64,000 bases of DNA. Origin: Octopus sinensis. Lineage: Eukaryota. Under the pieces are notes generated by a model. That model saw only the letters and a list, made by a program, of their open reading frames with translations. It made no database searches and was not told the DNA's origin. This document shows positions 13,846 to 24,877 of the stretch, one piece after another. Position 1 is the first letter of the stretch. Each line of letters starts with the position of its first letter. Both the position numbers and the translations under genes were made by a program. The DNA lies in the NCBI RefSeq assembly GCF_006345805.1, contig NC_043002.1:36890001-36954000 (forward strand), read 5' to 3'.

Positions 13846-14329
13846 CTTGGTCATGGGAAATATTAACCTTACATATAAACATGTGAGTGTTGGTGACAGA
13901 TAGGGCAACTGGCTGTAGAAAATCTGCTTCAACAAATTCCTTCTGGCACATATGAGCAAGGGAGCAGTGGACGTTAAATGATGATGATATGTATTTGTAT
14001 GTCTGTGTGTGTTGCTGTCTTCTTATTTTGCTTCACATGATACTTGTATTTGATTGCAACCATGATGCCCTCCATTTCCAATCTTCTGTGAAAATATGTC
14101 TGATCATGGGAAAATATCAGCTTACTTGGGAGCAAGTGACTGACATAGCATCCAGCTATAGAAAATCTGCCTCTGCAACTTCTGTCCAACCCATGCAAGC
14201 TTGGAAAAGTGGGCACTAAAATGATGATGTCTATACATGCTAATGTACAATCTGTTAAGCAAATTAAATACTCTACTTTACAAACAACCAAGAATGCACC
14301 TACGTATATGTCAAATTCTCATTCTTTTA

Positions 14330-14780
14330 TTCTTTTCCTTGTTTTAGTTATTTGATTCTGGCCATACTGGAGCACCACCTTAAAGGTTTTGTTGAACAAA
14401 TTGACCCCTGGATTTATTCTTTTTAAAGGCTAGTGGTGATGGGGTGGGGGAGACAAAAACAGACACAAAGACACACACAAAGACACACACACACACACAC
14501 ACACACTCAATACAAAATAGTGTACATTTAAACACAAGAGAAACTACCTTTTAACAGGTAATTTTACACACTAGAAGAAGCAGTCAAAACAACCAAAACC
14601 ACATTTAAGAGCAATTTTCGATGGGAATGAAAAATACAAACTTTTACCTTGTTATTTTTGTATGGTTATACCTAGATGTAAACTCTTTTTGGCAAATAAA
14701 ATAATTTGCTAGGCGAATTCTCATCAGTAACCATGCCAAAACATTAGCATATAATTTTGAGATAAATAACATGTCTCATC

Positions 14781-14811
<31 letters not shown>

Positions 14812-14978
14812 CGATGGGCTTCTTTCAGTTTCCATCTACCAAATTCACTCACAAGGCCTTAGTTGGCCTGAGGCTATAGTAGAATGCACTTGTCCAAGGT
14901 GCCAAGAAGTGGGACTGAACCTGGAACCATATGGTTGGGAAGCAAGATTCTAACCACACAACCATGCCTGTTCCTATT
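14330..14978 (-). mobile_element. SINE family A split by an insertion (about 14506-14790) at its central microsatellite
   Basis: 3' part at 14330-14505 and 5' part at 14810-14978, with an unrelated hammerhead-bearing repeat between them. Confidence 0.65.
14662..14734 (-). ncRNA. Decayed hammerhead motif (GAAA lost) in a Penelope-like repeat
   Basis: Perfect 7-bp stem I ATGGTTA/TAACCAT, CTGATGA and GTA triplet are present, but there is no GAAA before stem III. Confidence 0.55.
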
Positions 14979-15382
14979 GAGGTCATTATTTTAGTTGTAT
15001 ATTTTGGAACAGCATGATTGTTTTAGTAACCTTCTGAAATGTACTTTTTTTCATCAGAGAAGGATGCTTTTGTAAGTGTCTTATTGAATATTTGCACTGC
15101 ATTGCCTAACTTGGTAATCTTGAAATTTAGAAAGCAAAACAAAAGAAAAAGGAATCATTTTTAATGGTGGAACTCGAAGCAGATAAAACCATGTGTAATA
15201 GCATATAAGTATTGGTTAAAAGACCCTTTGACCTTTTCCATCCAAAGGAATTTTTAACTCAATACTTACTTGCTACTATTTATTGCTTGTTCTACTTTGG
15301 TGTTCCACTGTTAAAATTTATGTATTTCATATCTTCAAAGTTTCAAAATTCTTGTGAACTAAAAGAAAAACTGTCTTCTTAC

Positions 15383-15538
15383 CTCTGTAGAAAACCCCTC
15401 GACGAGAATAGCAACAAGGAGATTAAAGAGCACATAATTTCCAAAAGTCATTAGCGCAATGAAATAAAGGGATGCCCATGCGGACGTTTTATCCATCCCA
15501 TTATATAGGACCGTGTTCCAATCTTCTTGGGTAAGAAC
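15383..15538 (-). CDS. Cav3 (CACNA1G/H/I-like): Internal coding exon of T-type voltage-gated calcium channel alpha-1 subunit (Cav3): domain II P-loop/selectivity filter and S6
   Basis: 156 nt, phase 0/0, acceptor ctttccacag| and donor |gtaaga. Translates to [57 protein letters not shown] and [18 protein letters not shown] are Cav3-diagnostic (Cav1/2 have TGEDW and NVFLAIAVDNL). The boundaries match the conserved vertebrate exon. Confidence 0.97.
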
Positions 15539-15861
15539 CTGTGGAAAGTTAATGGTTATAGTTATTAAAGAGAAGGTTTAAAAGAAAGCAAACATTTAAA
15601 TACACAAATATACATGAATGACAACAAAGCATATCTAAAATACTGGTTTGGTTATCAAAAATAAAAAAATTAAAGAGTAAAGAACAAACGAAAAATCCTA
15701 CACATATTCTAATCAATATTGTAAAATTATACATATATATATATATATATTGTAAAATCGTATATATAAGTGATATAATATATCCTCTAGACTCATATAT
15801 ATATATTGTAAAATTGTATATTTATACATATATATATATATTGTAAAATTGTATGTGTGTG

Positions 15862-15892
<31 letters not shown>

Positions 15893-16707
15893 ATGTGTGT
15901 GTGTATGTGTGTGTGTGTGAGTTTAGAGGAATATATTATCTGGGCAGATACCATGGTGGCTCTCAGTTAGGCTCCAGGTTATGGCTAACTGCATCAATTA
16001 GTATTTAATATGTATGATTATTATGAGTTGTCACTCATGCTGTAAATTCCTCCAATGGGTAATTCTATGTTTGCTTCACTGGATGATGATATTTACTGGT
16101 GTGTATATTAGCAATAATTATAATGATAGACAATATGGAGACTTGTTCATCTTCAAAATTTATTCTCTTTTATTTTACAACTTCATACAGCATATCTTTG
16201 TGGTTACATCAACCTACACATGTTTCTGCTGCACAAAGTATGGGCATTTGCACATGCGACCAGGCATAATTTTCTGTACAGCTTCGTTCAGTGTCTGTCC
16301 GTCAGCTAATCAAAAGTATTTTAACTACAACAATTTTTTTCTCTTTTTGCAAACAGATTATTTGAGATCATATTATGCATTTCCTGTTTTGGTGTTGCTA
16401 GAGATTTACCTTTTATTTGTAGCTCATTGAGTGACCATTTGAAAATTTGCTTCTTTGGCTATCTTATCTCTGTTTTAGGACTTATAAGATTTATGTGATA
16501 GGCAGACCAATCTAATTATTTTAGTATCATTGAGAGGTAATTAAACTTTCAATGTTTACAGACTAAATTTCATTTGCATAAAACTGCATTAAACATATGT
16601 ACTATTACATATGTACTATTACATATGTACTATTTTGTAATACACTTTTCTATTTAATTGAATTGATTGAAAACAGTACAGTTCTATATTTAAGAGATGA
16701 GGAGTTA

Positions 16708-16944
16708 TGTACATTATTTACATTATTTACATTTGACGAATATTTGTCCTCACTTTGTTTGTTGTTAACACAACGTTTCAGCTGATATACCCTCCAGCCT
16801 ACTTCAGGTGTCTTGGAGAAATTCCTAATGTATTTTTTTATGTTGTTATTGTTATTATTATTATTATTATTATTGTTAGTGTTCAGGTCACTGCTTGGAA
16901 TCGAACTCAGAATCTTGGGGTTAGTCGCCCGCAATCTTAACCAC
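16708..16944 (-). mobile_element. tRNA-head SINE-like element carrying a Penelope-type hammerhead tail
   Basis: On the minus strand: GTGGTTAAG (A-box-like), GAGTTCGATTCC (B box), (AAT)n, then GACAC-CTGAAGTA-GGCTG..CAGCT-GAAACGTT-GTGTT, and a (TGTAAATAA)n tail. Confidence 0.75.
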
Positions 16945-16951
16945 AGAAGAA

Positions 16952-17045
16952 CCTGAAGAAGGCTGGAGGGTATATCAGCCGAAACGTTGTGTTAACAACA
17001 AACAAGATGAGGGCAAATATCCGTCGAATGTAAATAATGTAAATA
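16952..17045 (+). mobile_element. Inverted second copy of the hammerhead-containing tail
   Basis: CTGAAGA-A-GGCTG-gagggtatat-CAGCC-GAAACGTT-GTGTT...tgtaaataatgtaaata. It is the reverse complement of about 16712-16808. Confidence 0.8.
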
Positions 17046-17248
17046 TTGAAAAGAGTAGTTCTCCAAATTACTTTCAAATAGAATGAGTAATCACCGAATA
17101 TGATCCTTCATGTAATATATATATCTCCAAGAATAATAAGTCGTCAGTTAACCTTAGAAGATTTAGGTTAAAAAGGGAGTTGTGATGTTCATTCCCATAA
17201 GAGAGAAATACAAAATTAAAATCACAACCATATTGCAAACTTTGTCCT

Positions 17249-17857
17249 TCAACTCATTAGCATTTAAATCTGCTATATCCAGTCCAGATATTCTATCTGT
17301 TTCATGCTCAAACTTTATTCTCCAGAAAAACGACGATGCCGTGGAGATCTCATTCTTGCTCACAACTTCATTAGCGGAAAGTGTAACCTCTCGAAAGAGC
17401 TGTTCTTCACTCCTGCTCTAGAGCATTGGCTGCGGGGTCATTCCGAAAAGTTCTATCTGTGACGATTTCATCTCAATCGAAGGAGAGGGGCTTTCTCCAT
17501 CCGGGTTGCAGATCTGTGGAATAAGCTGCCAGACGAGATGGTGAAGATGCTGACGACCACTCGGTTCAAAGTCTCCCTTGACCTCAAGTGGCCTGAACTC
17601 TTTACATGAACACCACCCTGTACATAACTCCATGTCCCCCTACATGACCTTGCTTTTTGCGCCAAAAAATTAACTAACTAACTAACTAACAAACTGGCCT
17701 GATCTTGACTCTCACATCTAACCTAGATTGTTATTTTATAAGTGAACATTTACATTGCTAAAATCATGAAGCTATGAGATAATGCATGATTGAATCAAAA
17801 CAATGTGAATTAATAATGATTACATTTGACAGTGCACTCTGAATGCTAAAGGGCTAA
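17249..17857. mobile_element. piggyBac-like MITE (TTAA-CCCTTTAGCATT type ends) interrupted by the CR1 copy
   Basis: Ends tcaactcattagcatt... and ...gaatgctaaagggctaa. The two halves are colinear with the copy at 55965-56757 read in reverse. Confidence 0.7.
17315..17690 (+). mobile_element. 5'-truncated CR1-clade LINE (ORF2 C-terminus, 3' UTR, (TAAC)n tail)
   Basis: YSPEKRRCRGDLILAHNF..RGHSEKFYL*RFHLNRRRGAFSIRVADLWNKLPDEMVK..FKVSLDLKW; flanked by caaact at 17309-17314 and 17690-17695. Confidence 0.9.
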
Positions 17858-18003
17858 GGGGTTAAAACCTACTCTACAAAAATTATATGCATACTTATAT
17901 TCATATGCGCACATATATATTATATACACATGCCTATATTATATACAAACACACACACGAACATAAGGTAAGACCAACGAAAAAAGTACGCCATCAAGTA
18001 CTT

Positions 18004-18074
18004 GGAGTCACATGGCATATTATATAAATCTCACGAATTATTGTGTCAATATGCATGAAACTATTAGTAGCTCT
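18004..18074 (+). ncRNA. Decayed hammerhead motif, same family as 23553-23614
   Basis: Stem II GCATATT/AATATGC and GAAAC-TATTA-GTA-GCTCT are retained; the CTGATGA core reads CACATG. Confidence 0.45.
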
Positions 18075-18138
18075 GTCTTAAGTACTGTGCAGTATATTAA
18101 ATGATATGTATACCTATATATATATATATATATATTAT

Positions 18139-18172
<34 letters not shown>

Positions 18173-18455
18173 CATATAATATATAGTATATATATATATA
18201 TACATACATATACATATATAAATGTATGTAAAATGTATATATATATACATGTATGTATGTATATATATGTGTCTATATATATTACATACCTACATACAAT
18301 ATATATGTATATGTATGTATATATATATACACACACACATGCTCACATGCAGTCACACATACACACCCTCACACATGCACACACATAATATAAATTGTGT
18401 GCTTGTATACATACAAACGTACATATAGCTCTCACTCTGTTACATGCTTTCTATC

Positions 18456-18496
<41 letters not shown>

Positions 18497-18749
18497 CATA
18501 CATAATATATATATATATATATATAAATACACATATGTATTTCATTGAAATGTAAATATCTAAAAGTACTATCTTTGACTCAACAACCAAACAATGATAT
18601 TCTTTATCAATATCACTCTTATATGGTGTCTTTCTTTACAGATTATCTTTCACATGTCCAGTACACTAGGATAGCTTAAGGCAAATATAGATACTCAATG
18701 CTTGGCTCAGCTTCACACAAACAGTATCATGTGAACAGGTATGCATGTA

Positions 18750-18817
<68 letters not shown>

Positions 18818-19337
18818 CCTGTGCAAATACAAATGTGTGCTGTGTGTGCAAAGCATATTGGATAAAAACCCAATGCAAATGGAAAACAAAGAATGGGGAT
18901 GTAAGTGTAGTTGCATACATAATGGTACAAGCATAGATTTAGATATGAAATTATACTTGGAGGCTAATATGCACAAACACATGTGCATATATGTGCACAC
19001 ACACACACACACACATAAAGGAAAAGTATGCTAAACAATAAGCACAAGATGCATTTAATACCATTTGTTTCCTACACATGTTCCACTATTGTGGCTATTT
19101 GCATCCTCTGCAGTGTATGTTCATTGTGCAACTGGATACAGGTTCACATCAATTCTTTGTGGAACACTTTATTACATTATGCTGACACAGATTCTATGTG
19201 TGAGTATATATATATTATAGATATAATTTTATTCTTTCTTATTTCATCTAGTTTCAGCTCACGAGCTGTGGCCATGCTGGGGCACCGCTATTTGGTGTTG
19301 CTACATAATTTTACTTCACGAATGCTTTTTAGCAATT

Positions 19338-19480
19338 GACATTTGGTGCATGAGAAATTTTGATGCAGCTGCCCTCATCTGCACCTCCTGCCATGAAGTT
19401 GGTTCATCTGGTACACCTGACAGGAAGAGGTCCAGCTTTATTTTGAAGACACCTACATCCATCCCATGCAGGCTTGTCTA
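19338..19480 (-). mobile_element. CR1-like LINE ORF2 C-terminal fragment
   Basis: LHGMDVGVFKIKLDLFLSGVPDEPTSWQEVQMRAAASKFLMHQ, matching the FKxxLDxFLxxVPDEP...RAAxSNSL terminal motif. Confidence 0.75.
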
Positions 19481-19591
19481 TTAGTATACCACTTAAAGCA
19501 CATTTACCATTCAGGTTACCCAATGTCATCTGCAGTTACGGTATAATTTTCACTGCATCTACATCAGGAATTCCACAGTGTTTGTTTGGTT

Positions 19592-19676
19592 TATAAGTGA
19601 TGAGGGAAACGGAAAGTGGATTTGGTACAAATCTTTATTCATACAAAATCCACTTTTCATTTCTCTCACCAATTAT
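19592..19676. repeat. About 85-nt hairpin
   Basis: tataagtgatgagggaaacggaaagtggattttggta pairs imperfectly with atacaaaatccacttttcatttctctcaccaattata; loop about 13 nt. Confidence 0.7.
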
Positions 19677-20158
19677 ATATATATATAATATTAGGGAGTA
19701 TATCCAAACTTACAGGGAAAAATTAGATTTAGGATTAAATCAAATTTTACAGTGTAAATATAAATTAAATTAGAGATAAAACCACTATTAGGCAAATCAA
19801 ACAGTGAAAGACATAAACCAAAACATAAAAATAAATATAATTAATATAATATACAAAATAAATAAAATACAAAATTTAAAATTTGAATTATTTAAATTTA
19901 GAATTTTAAATTTATATTTATAAATTTTTATATTTTTATATATTTTAAATTTTAAATTTATAAACTTTTAAACTTTTAATTTTTTAATCCGTAGTAAATA
20001 TAAAAAATACAACAACTTTCAGCAGCAATAGTGGTTTATTGAGATGTAAGGTGGTGGATTTGTTTTGTATTAAAGTATGATAAGCTGATAAAAGTGTTTT
20101 TTTTTATTTATTTCACAGTAGGTGGCCAGGGTTTCCAGGTGTGCAAATGAGTATACAA

Positions 20159-20320
20159 GAGTTATGGAATGGAGTTGGTAAGATCTGGGCTACATAAGTT
20201 TTATAGTGAGTGGAACTTCAGAAGTAGTAAAAATCCAAGCTTGGATTTTTACCACTTCTAAGGTTCCACTCACTATGAAACATATTTAACCTGGATCTTA
20301 ACAACTCCATTCCATGACTC
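20159..20320. repeat. 162-bp loopless palindrome centred on AAGCTT
   Basis: 81-nt arms, 11 mismatches counted by eye, exact centre 20239/20240. Confidence 0.9.
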
Positions 20321-20329
20321 ATGTGTGTG

Positions 20330-20364
<35 letters not shown>

Positions 20365-20382
20365 AATATACATAAACATATG

Positions 20383-20419
<37 letters not shown>

Positions 20420-20974
20420 CTTAGAAATTTATTTATATTATTAATTCAACACCATACATCAATTTCCAAGTAAGTTTATCTTGACCTTTTTCATGTGACT
20501 CTACTCTATACTGTTTTCTCCTCCATCCTTCTCTAATTCTCTTTTTATCCCCTTCACCATTTTCTATCTGTCTGTCTCTCTCCCCACTTTCTCTTTTTCC
20601 TCTCTCTCATTGTGCACACATGACCATCGTCCATCTTTCTTTTCCATATGTGACCATCTTTCTTTTCCTGCATGATGTTCTGAGGACTGGACACTTTTCT
20701 TTCTCTCTCTTCTATACCATGTGGTTGGTAAGCAAGCTACTTACCACATATGTGTGTGTGTGTGTGGTGTATGTAAACCAATAAATTCTTTTGGATATTT
20801 AATATCCTTTTGGTGGTTATTTAACACCTAGCTAAATTGTTATATATATATGAATAACACAAGGATTCAAGAGAGACTACCATTAACATCATATAATGAA
20901 ATAATTATAATAATTATAATAATAATAAACACCTATAGACTATGGCCAAACACTAGAAAACCCATAAGTATAAC

Positions 20975-21110
20975 AACTACAAAAAAAATTGTTGCCATGG
21001 ATACTGCCTGTATTCTAAGAAAAATACTCTCACCTTGAAAATATCTGATTGAAATATTAAAAATTTATCAGAGTCTTAGTTATCAGAATATGGTCTCCTT
21101 TCCCTACACT
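20975..21110 (+). mobile_element. Very short 3' end of an R4/HERO-like retrotransposon
   Basis: KKIVAMDTACILRKILSP*, resembling QKxxLxGTAxILRKxL. Confidence 0.55.
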
Positions 21111-21216
21111 ATATCATTGTTAATCATAAATAACACCTATAAGTAAAACATCCAACATGCTGTTACTGGAGGTGTCTGGCATGAAACTTGGAACAGCTCG
21201 TATAAAACAAAGCAAC

Positions 21217-21247
<31 letters not shown>

Positions 21248-21988
21248 TAATAATTATATAAAAACAATATAATCACTCAAGAAGTAATGGAAACAGTATA
21301 ACACAAGCAAAGTTTTTTGAATAAATTATAAAGGCAGGGATATAATTAATATTGCACAATTATATAATTATTAACTATTGATCTTTGTTCAGATAAACTT
21401 CATGCTATTTTAAATCATAGGTGGAAGTATGTATAGAAGTTTAATTTAAAAGTCTTTGATTATGCAGAAAGATATATTTAATTATAGTATATAACAAATA
21501 GACTTATGATTTACAGTAGGAGAATCTGTATGGAAATTTTCCATGTGGCTATTATATTTTATTTTAAGTCATTTCATATATGAAATTACTATTTTAAATT
21601 CTACTTTAAGATCAGTATATTTAATAGAATAAATAGTATAACAACTTAATTATTGACTGGTAGTCTTGATATAAGTAGATTTCCTGCTGTTCTAGCAAGT
21701 AAGTGCATGTGTTTTTGAAGAAACATATTACCATACAACATAATATACACACACACTTACTCACACACATGCACACACACATATACATATAAATACATGT
21801 ATATATATATGCATATACGCACGCACACACGCATATATATATATACATACATATATATATTAGAAGGTTTGAAGATGATGTACAGGTATCTTATATTAGA
21901 AGAAATGAGGCAATCAGAAATTCAGATGGTTTTATATTTACAGATATTTATTTGTATATTACATGTTTTTATATTATATATATATATC

Positions 21989-22030
<42 letters not shown>

Positions 22031-22031
<1 letters not shown>

Positions 22032-22180
22032 GGCGTTAGGAAGGGCATCCAGCTGTAGAAACACTGCCAGATCTGACTGGCCTGGTGCAGCCTTCGGGCT
22101 TCCCAGACCCCAGTTGAACTGTCCAACCCATGCTAGCATGGAAAGCGGACGTTAAACGATGATGATGATGATGATGATGA
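22031..22180 (+). mobile_element. Family B repeat, 5'-truncated, little diverged
   Basis: tggcgttaggaagggcatccagctgtagaaac...gttaaacgatgatgatgatg. Confidence 0.85.
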
Positions 22181-22902
22181 TATATATACACACATACATA
22201 TTCATCTCTTTAACATATCCTTGAGTCCACAAAATTTTAAGTCATATGGAGCTGAGTCAAACTGTTATAATGCACATACACACATATGCGCATGCACACA
22301 CACACATGCACACGCACACACACACATACTCACATGTAACTAATTTAATTTGAGTGAGTTCAATAGTTATCCAATGTTTAGTACCCTATATATATATATA
22401 TATAGATACAGTTTATGCTTAGATTTAATAATGATCAAATGACATTTCCATTATGGCCTAAATAGTTATCTACTGATTAACTTAATTCTACATATTTCCT
22501 CTCCCTATTTGAATTGGTCAGTAATAGCTTAAATAAGTAGGAATTTTTGCCATAAACATTCTTCAAATTGATGGGTAGGTGTTAGGAAACTAAGTATCAT
22601 ATTACATTTCTGGTATGATCTGCCAAATACTATTCCTAAGTAGATCTACTGAACTACTTCTCTTACCCCTCTTACTGGTTAAATATTGGTAGTTTTATTA
22701 CTATCTGTTTCCCTGAAAATTTTCGCTACTCTGAACAGCATGGTATAACTTTGATAAGGATAGGATGCCACTAAATTTCTCTATCTCCATAGAATCTTAG
22801 TTAATCAAATATGGGATTGATTAGTATACCTGATTACAGTATCACAAAATTCTGAAATGCCAGTCTATCTAAAACATACAGAAGCAAATTGCATATTGTA
22901 TA

Positions 22903-23260
22903 TTCTTTTATTTGTTTCAGTCATTTAACTGTTGCCATGCTGGAGCACCACCTTTAGTTGAACAAATCGACCCCAGGACTTATTCTTTGTAAGCCTTATT
23001 CTATCAGTCTCTTTTGCCAAACCACTAAGTTACAGGGATGTAAACACACCAGGTGGGGGGACAAACATAGACAAATAAACACACACACACATATGTGACA
23101 GGTTTTTTTCACTTTACATCTACCAAATCCACTCACAAGTCTTTGGTTGGCCCAAGGCTATAGTAGAAGATACTTGCCCAATGTGCCATGCAGTGGGACT
23201 GAACCCAGAACCATGTAATTGGTAAGCAAGCTACTTACCACACAGCCACTCCTGCACCTA
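22903..23260 (-). mobile_element. SINE family A
   Basis: Head and tail both present. Confidence 0.88.
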
Positions 23261-23552
23261 TAATGTATAATTCTCCATATTTTTGAGTTTTTTATTTTTC
23301 TTTATAAATATATTTTCAAACACTACCTGCTGCAAGCATGAGACTTCCCTTTCATCGATTAGATCCCCAAAAATTCTTATGAACTAAAAGCAACCTAAGG
23401 ACAAAGTTCCTCGTTTGTCTTTTTAACCCATAGAGACTGCCAGCTGAAGATAACCCATGTTTGCAGACCTGGATTGTTTATTCTTTGTTTACTAACTGAC
23501 TGTAACTGAATCCTACCTCCACAGTTTGAAGAGCTATAGTGCCTTCATCATT

Positions 23553-23614
23553 AGAGTCTGATGAGTTATCTATAGAGCTAAGCAATTTGTGGATGCGAAA
23601 CTATTGGTCACTCT
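23553..23614 (+). ncRNA. Minimal type I hammerhead ribozyme motif, core intact, bulged stem II
   Basis: AGAGT-CTGATGA-GTTATCT...GGATGC-GAAAC-TATTG-GTC-ACTCT. Perfect 5-bp stem I and GTC triplet. Confidence 0.7.
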
Positions 23615-23810
23615 GCCTGGGCATATGCCTAACTACATATAAATATATTACTGCTCTATGCTTTTGAGTGTGCTTCTTTTTCAGATATATGATACACTGA
23701 TGATATATATGCATATATATATATATATATAACGTAATAGGTTGTACTTTTTGCATGCGGGACTCCGGTACCGTTTTTCATCTAGTACAGCATATTATGC
23801 TCATAACAAA

Positions 23811-23870
23811 CTACGCTGATGAAGTTACAGATATCCTTGTGATATTAATAGCTGAAACTGCAGTACGTAG
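23811..23870 (+). ncRNA. Minimal type I hammerhead ribozyme motif, intact (Penelope-like LTR type)
   Basis: Stem I CTACG/CGTAG, core CTGATGA (23816-23822), stem II AGTTA/TAGCT, GAAA (23854-23857), palindromic stem III ACTGCAGT, cleavage triplet GTA (cut after 23865). Confidence 0.85.
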
Positions 23871-24027
23871 GTAATTATTCATTTAGTATTTTTCTTTTGT
23901 CTCATCCATTGCTTTAGGTCGTGCTGAATTTTATTTTTATTTGAGAACAAAATCTTTGTGGAGAATGGCGATTTGATGTCTATATCTAGCATGTTGACTG
24001 CCACCTTTTCGTGTTCAGTCCTTAATT

Positions 24028-24075
<48 letters not shown>

Positions 24076-24169
24076 CATACTACATACATACATACATACA
24101 TGCATACACACACACACATACATATGTGTATATATATATATTATATACATACATACATACGTACATATT

Positions 24170-24227
<58 letters not shown>

Positions 24228-24740
24228 CAGGCATGTGCCATCAGTAATTACTCAGTGCAGGTAGTTGGTGATGTTTATATAGTAAAACACACACACAAAA
24301 AAAAAAACTGAAACACAGGCGCATGACTGAGTTGGAAGCAGATTTATATCCCATAAAGAAAACAGTGTTGTAGGAATGTATGCAGCACATGTGCTACAGC
24401 AATACTATGTGTAGCTTAAATACTGAGATTGAAATGCAGGGGTGACTTATGCCTATCTAATCTACATAAAATTTAAAAAATGGCATTTTATGCATAGTAA
24501 TCAAAGTAACTATCATAATTTTATTGAATAAGGTGCATATATATAATTCCAAGAAAGTTTGAGGTTGTGAATCCAACCAACTAAGGGATAATATCTATTC
24601 AATATACTGCTGGTAGAATACCCAATTATTAATATACAAGTGTTATTTCATTGCATCACAACTGCATTACCGAGTGTAATAAATGGGTGAGGGTAAAGAG
24701 TTATTTTCTTATTTCTCTCAGTCTCTCTCTCTCTCTCTCG

Positions 24741-24831
<91 letters not shown>

Positions 24832-24835
24832 ATAT

Positions 24836-24877
<42 letters not shown>

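Noticed and set aside
17040-17160. CTGACGA on the minus strand as another hammerhead
   Set aside because: No convincing stem II or correctly placed GAAA/stem III.
17163-17363. Minus-strand ORF MSKNEISTASSFFWRIKFEHETDRISGLDIADLNANELKDK as an exon
   Set aside because: It is the antisense reading across a MITE/CR1 junction.
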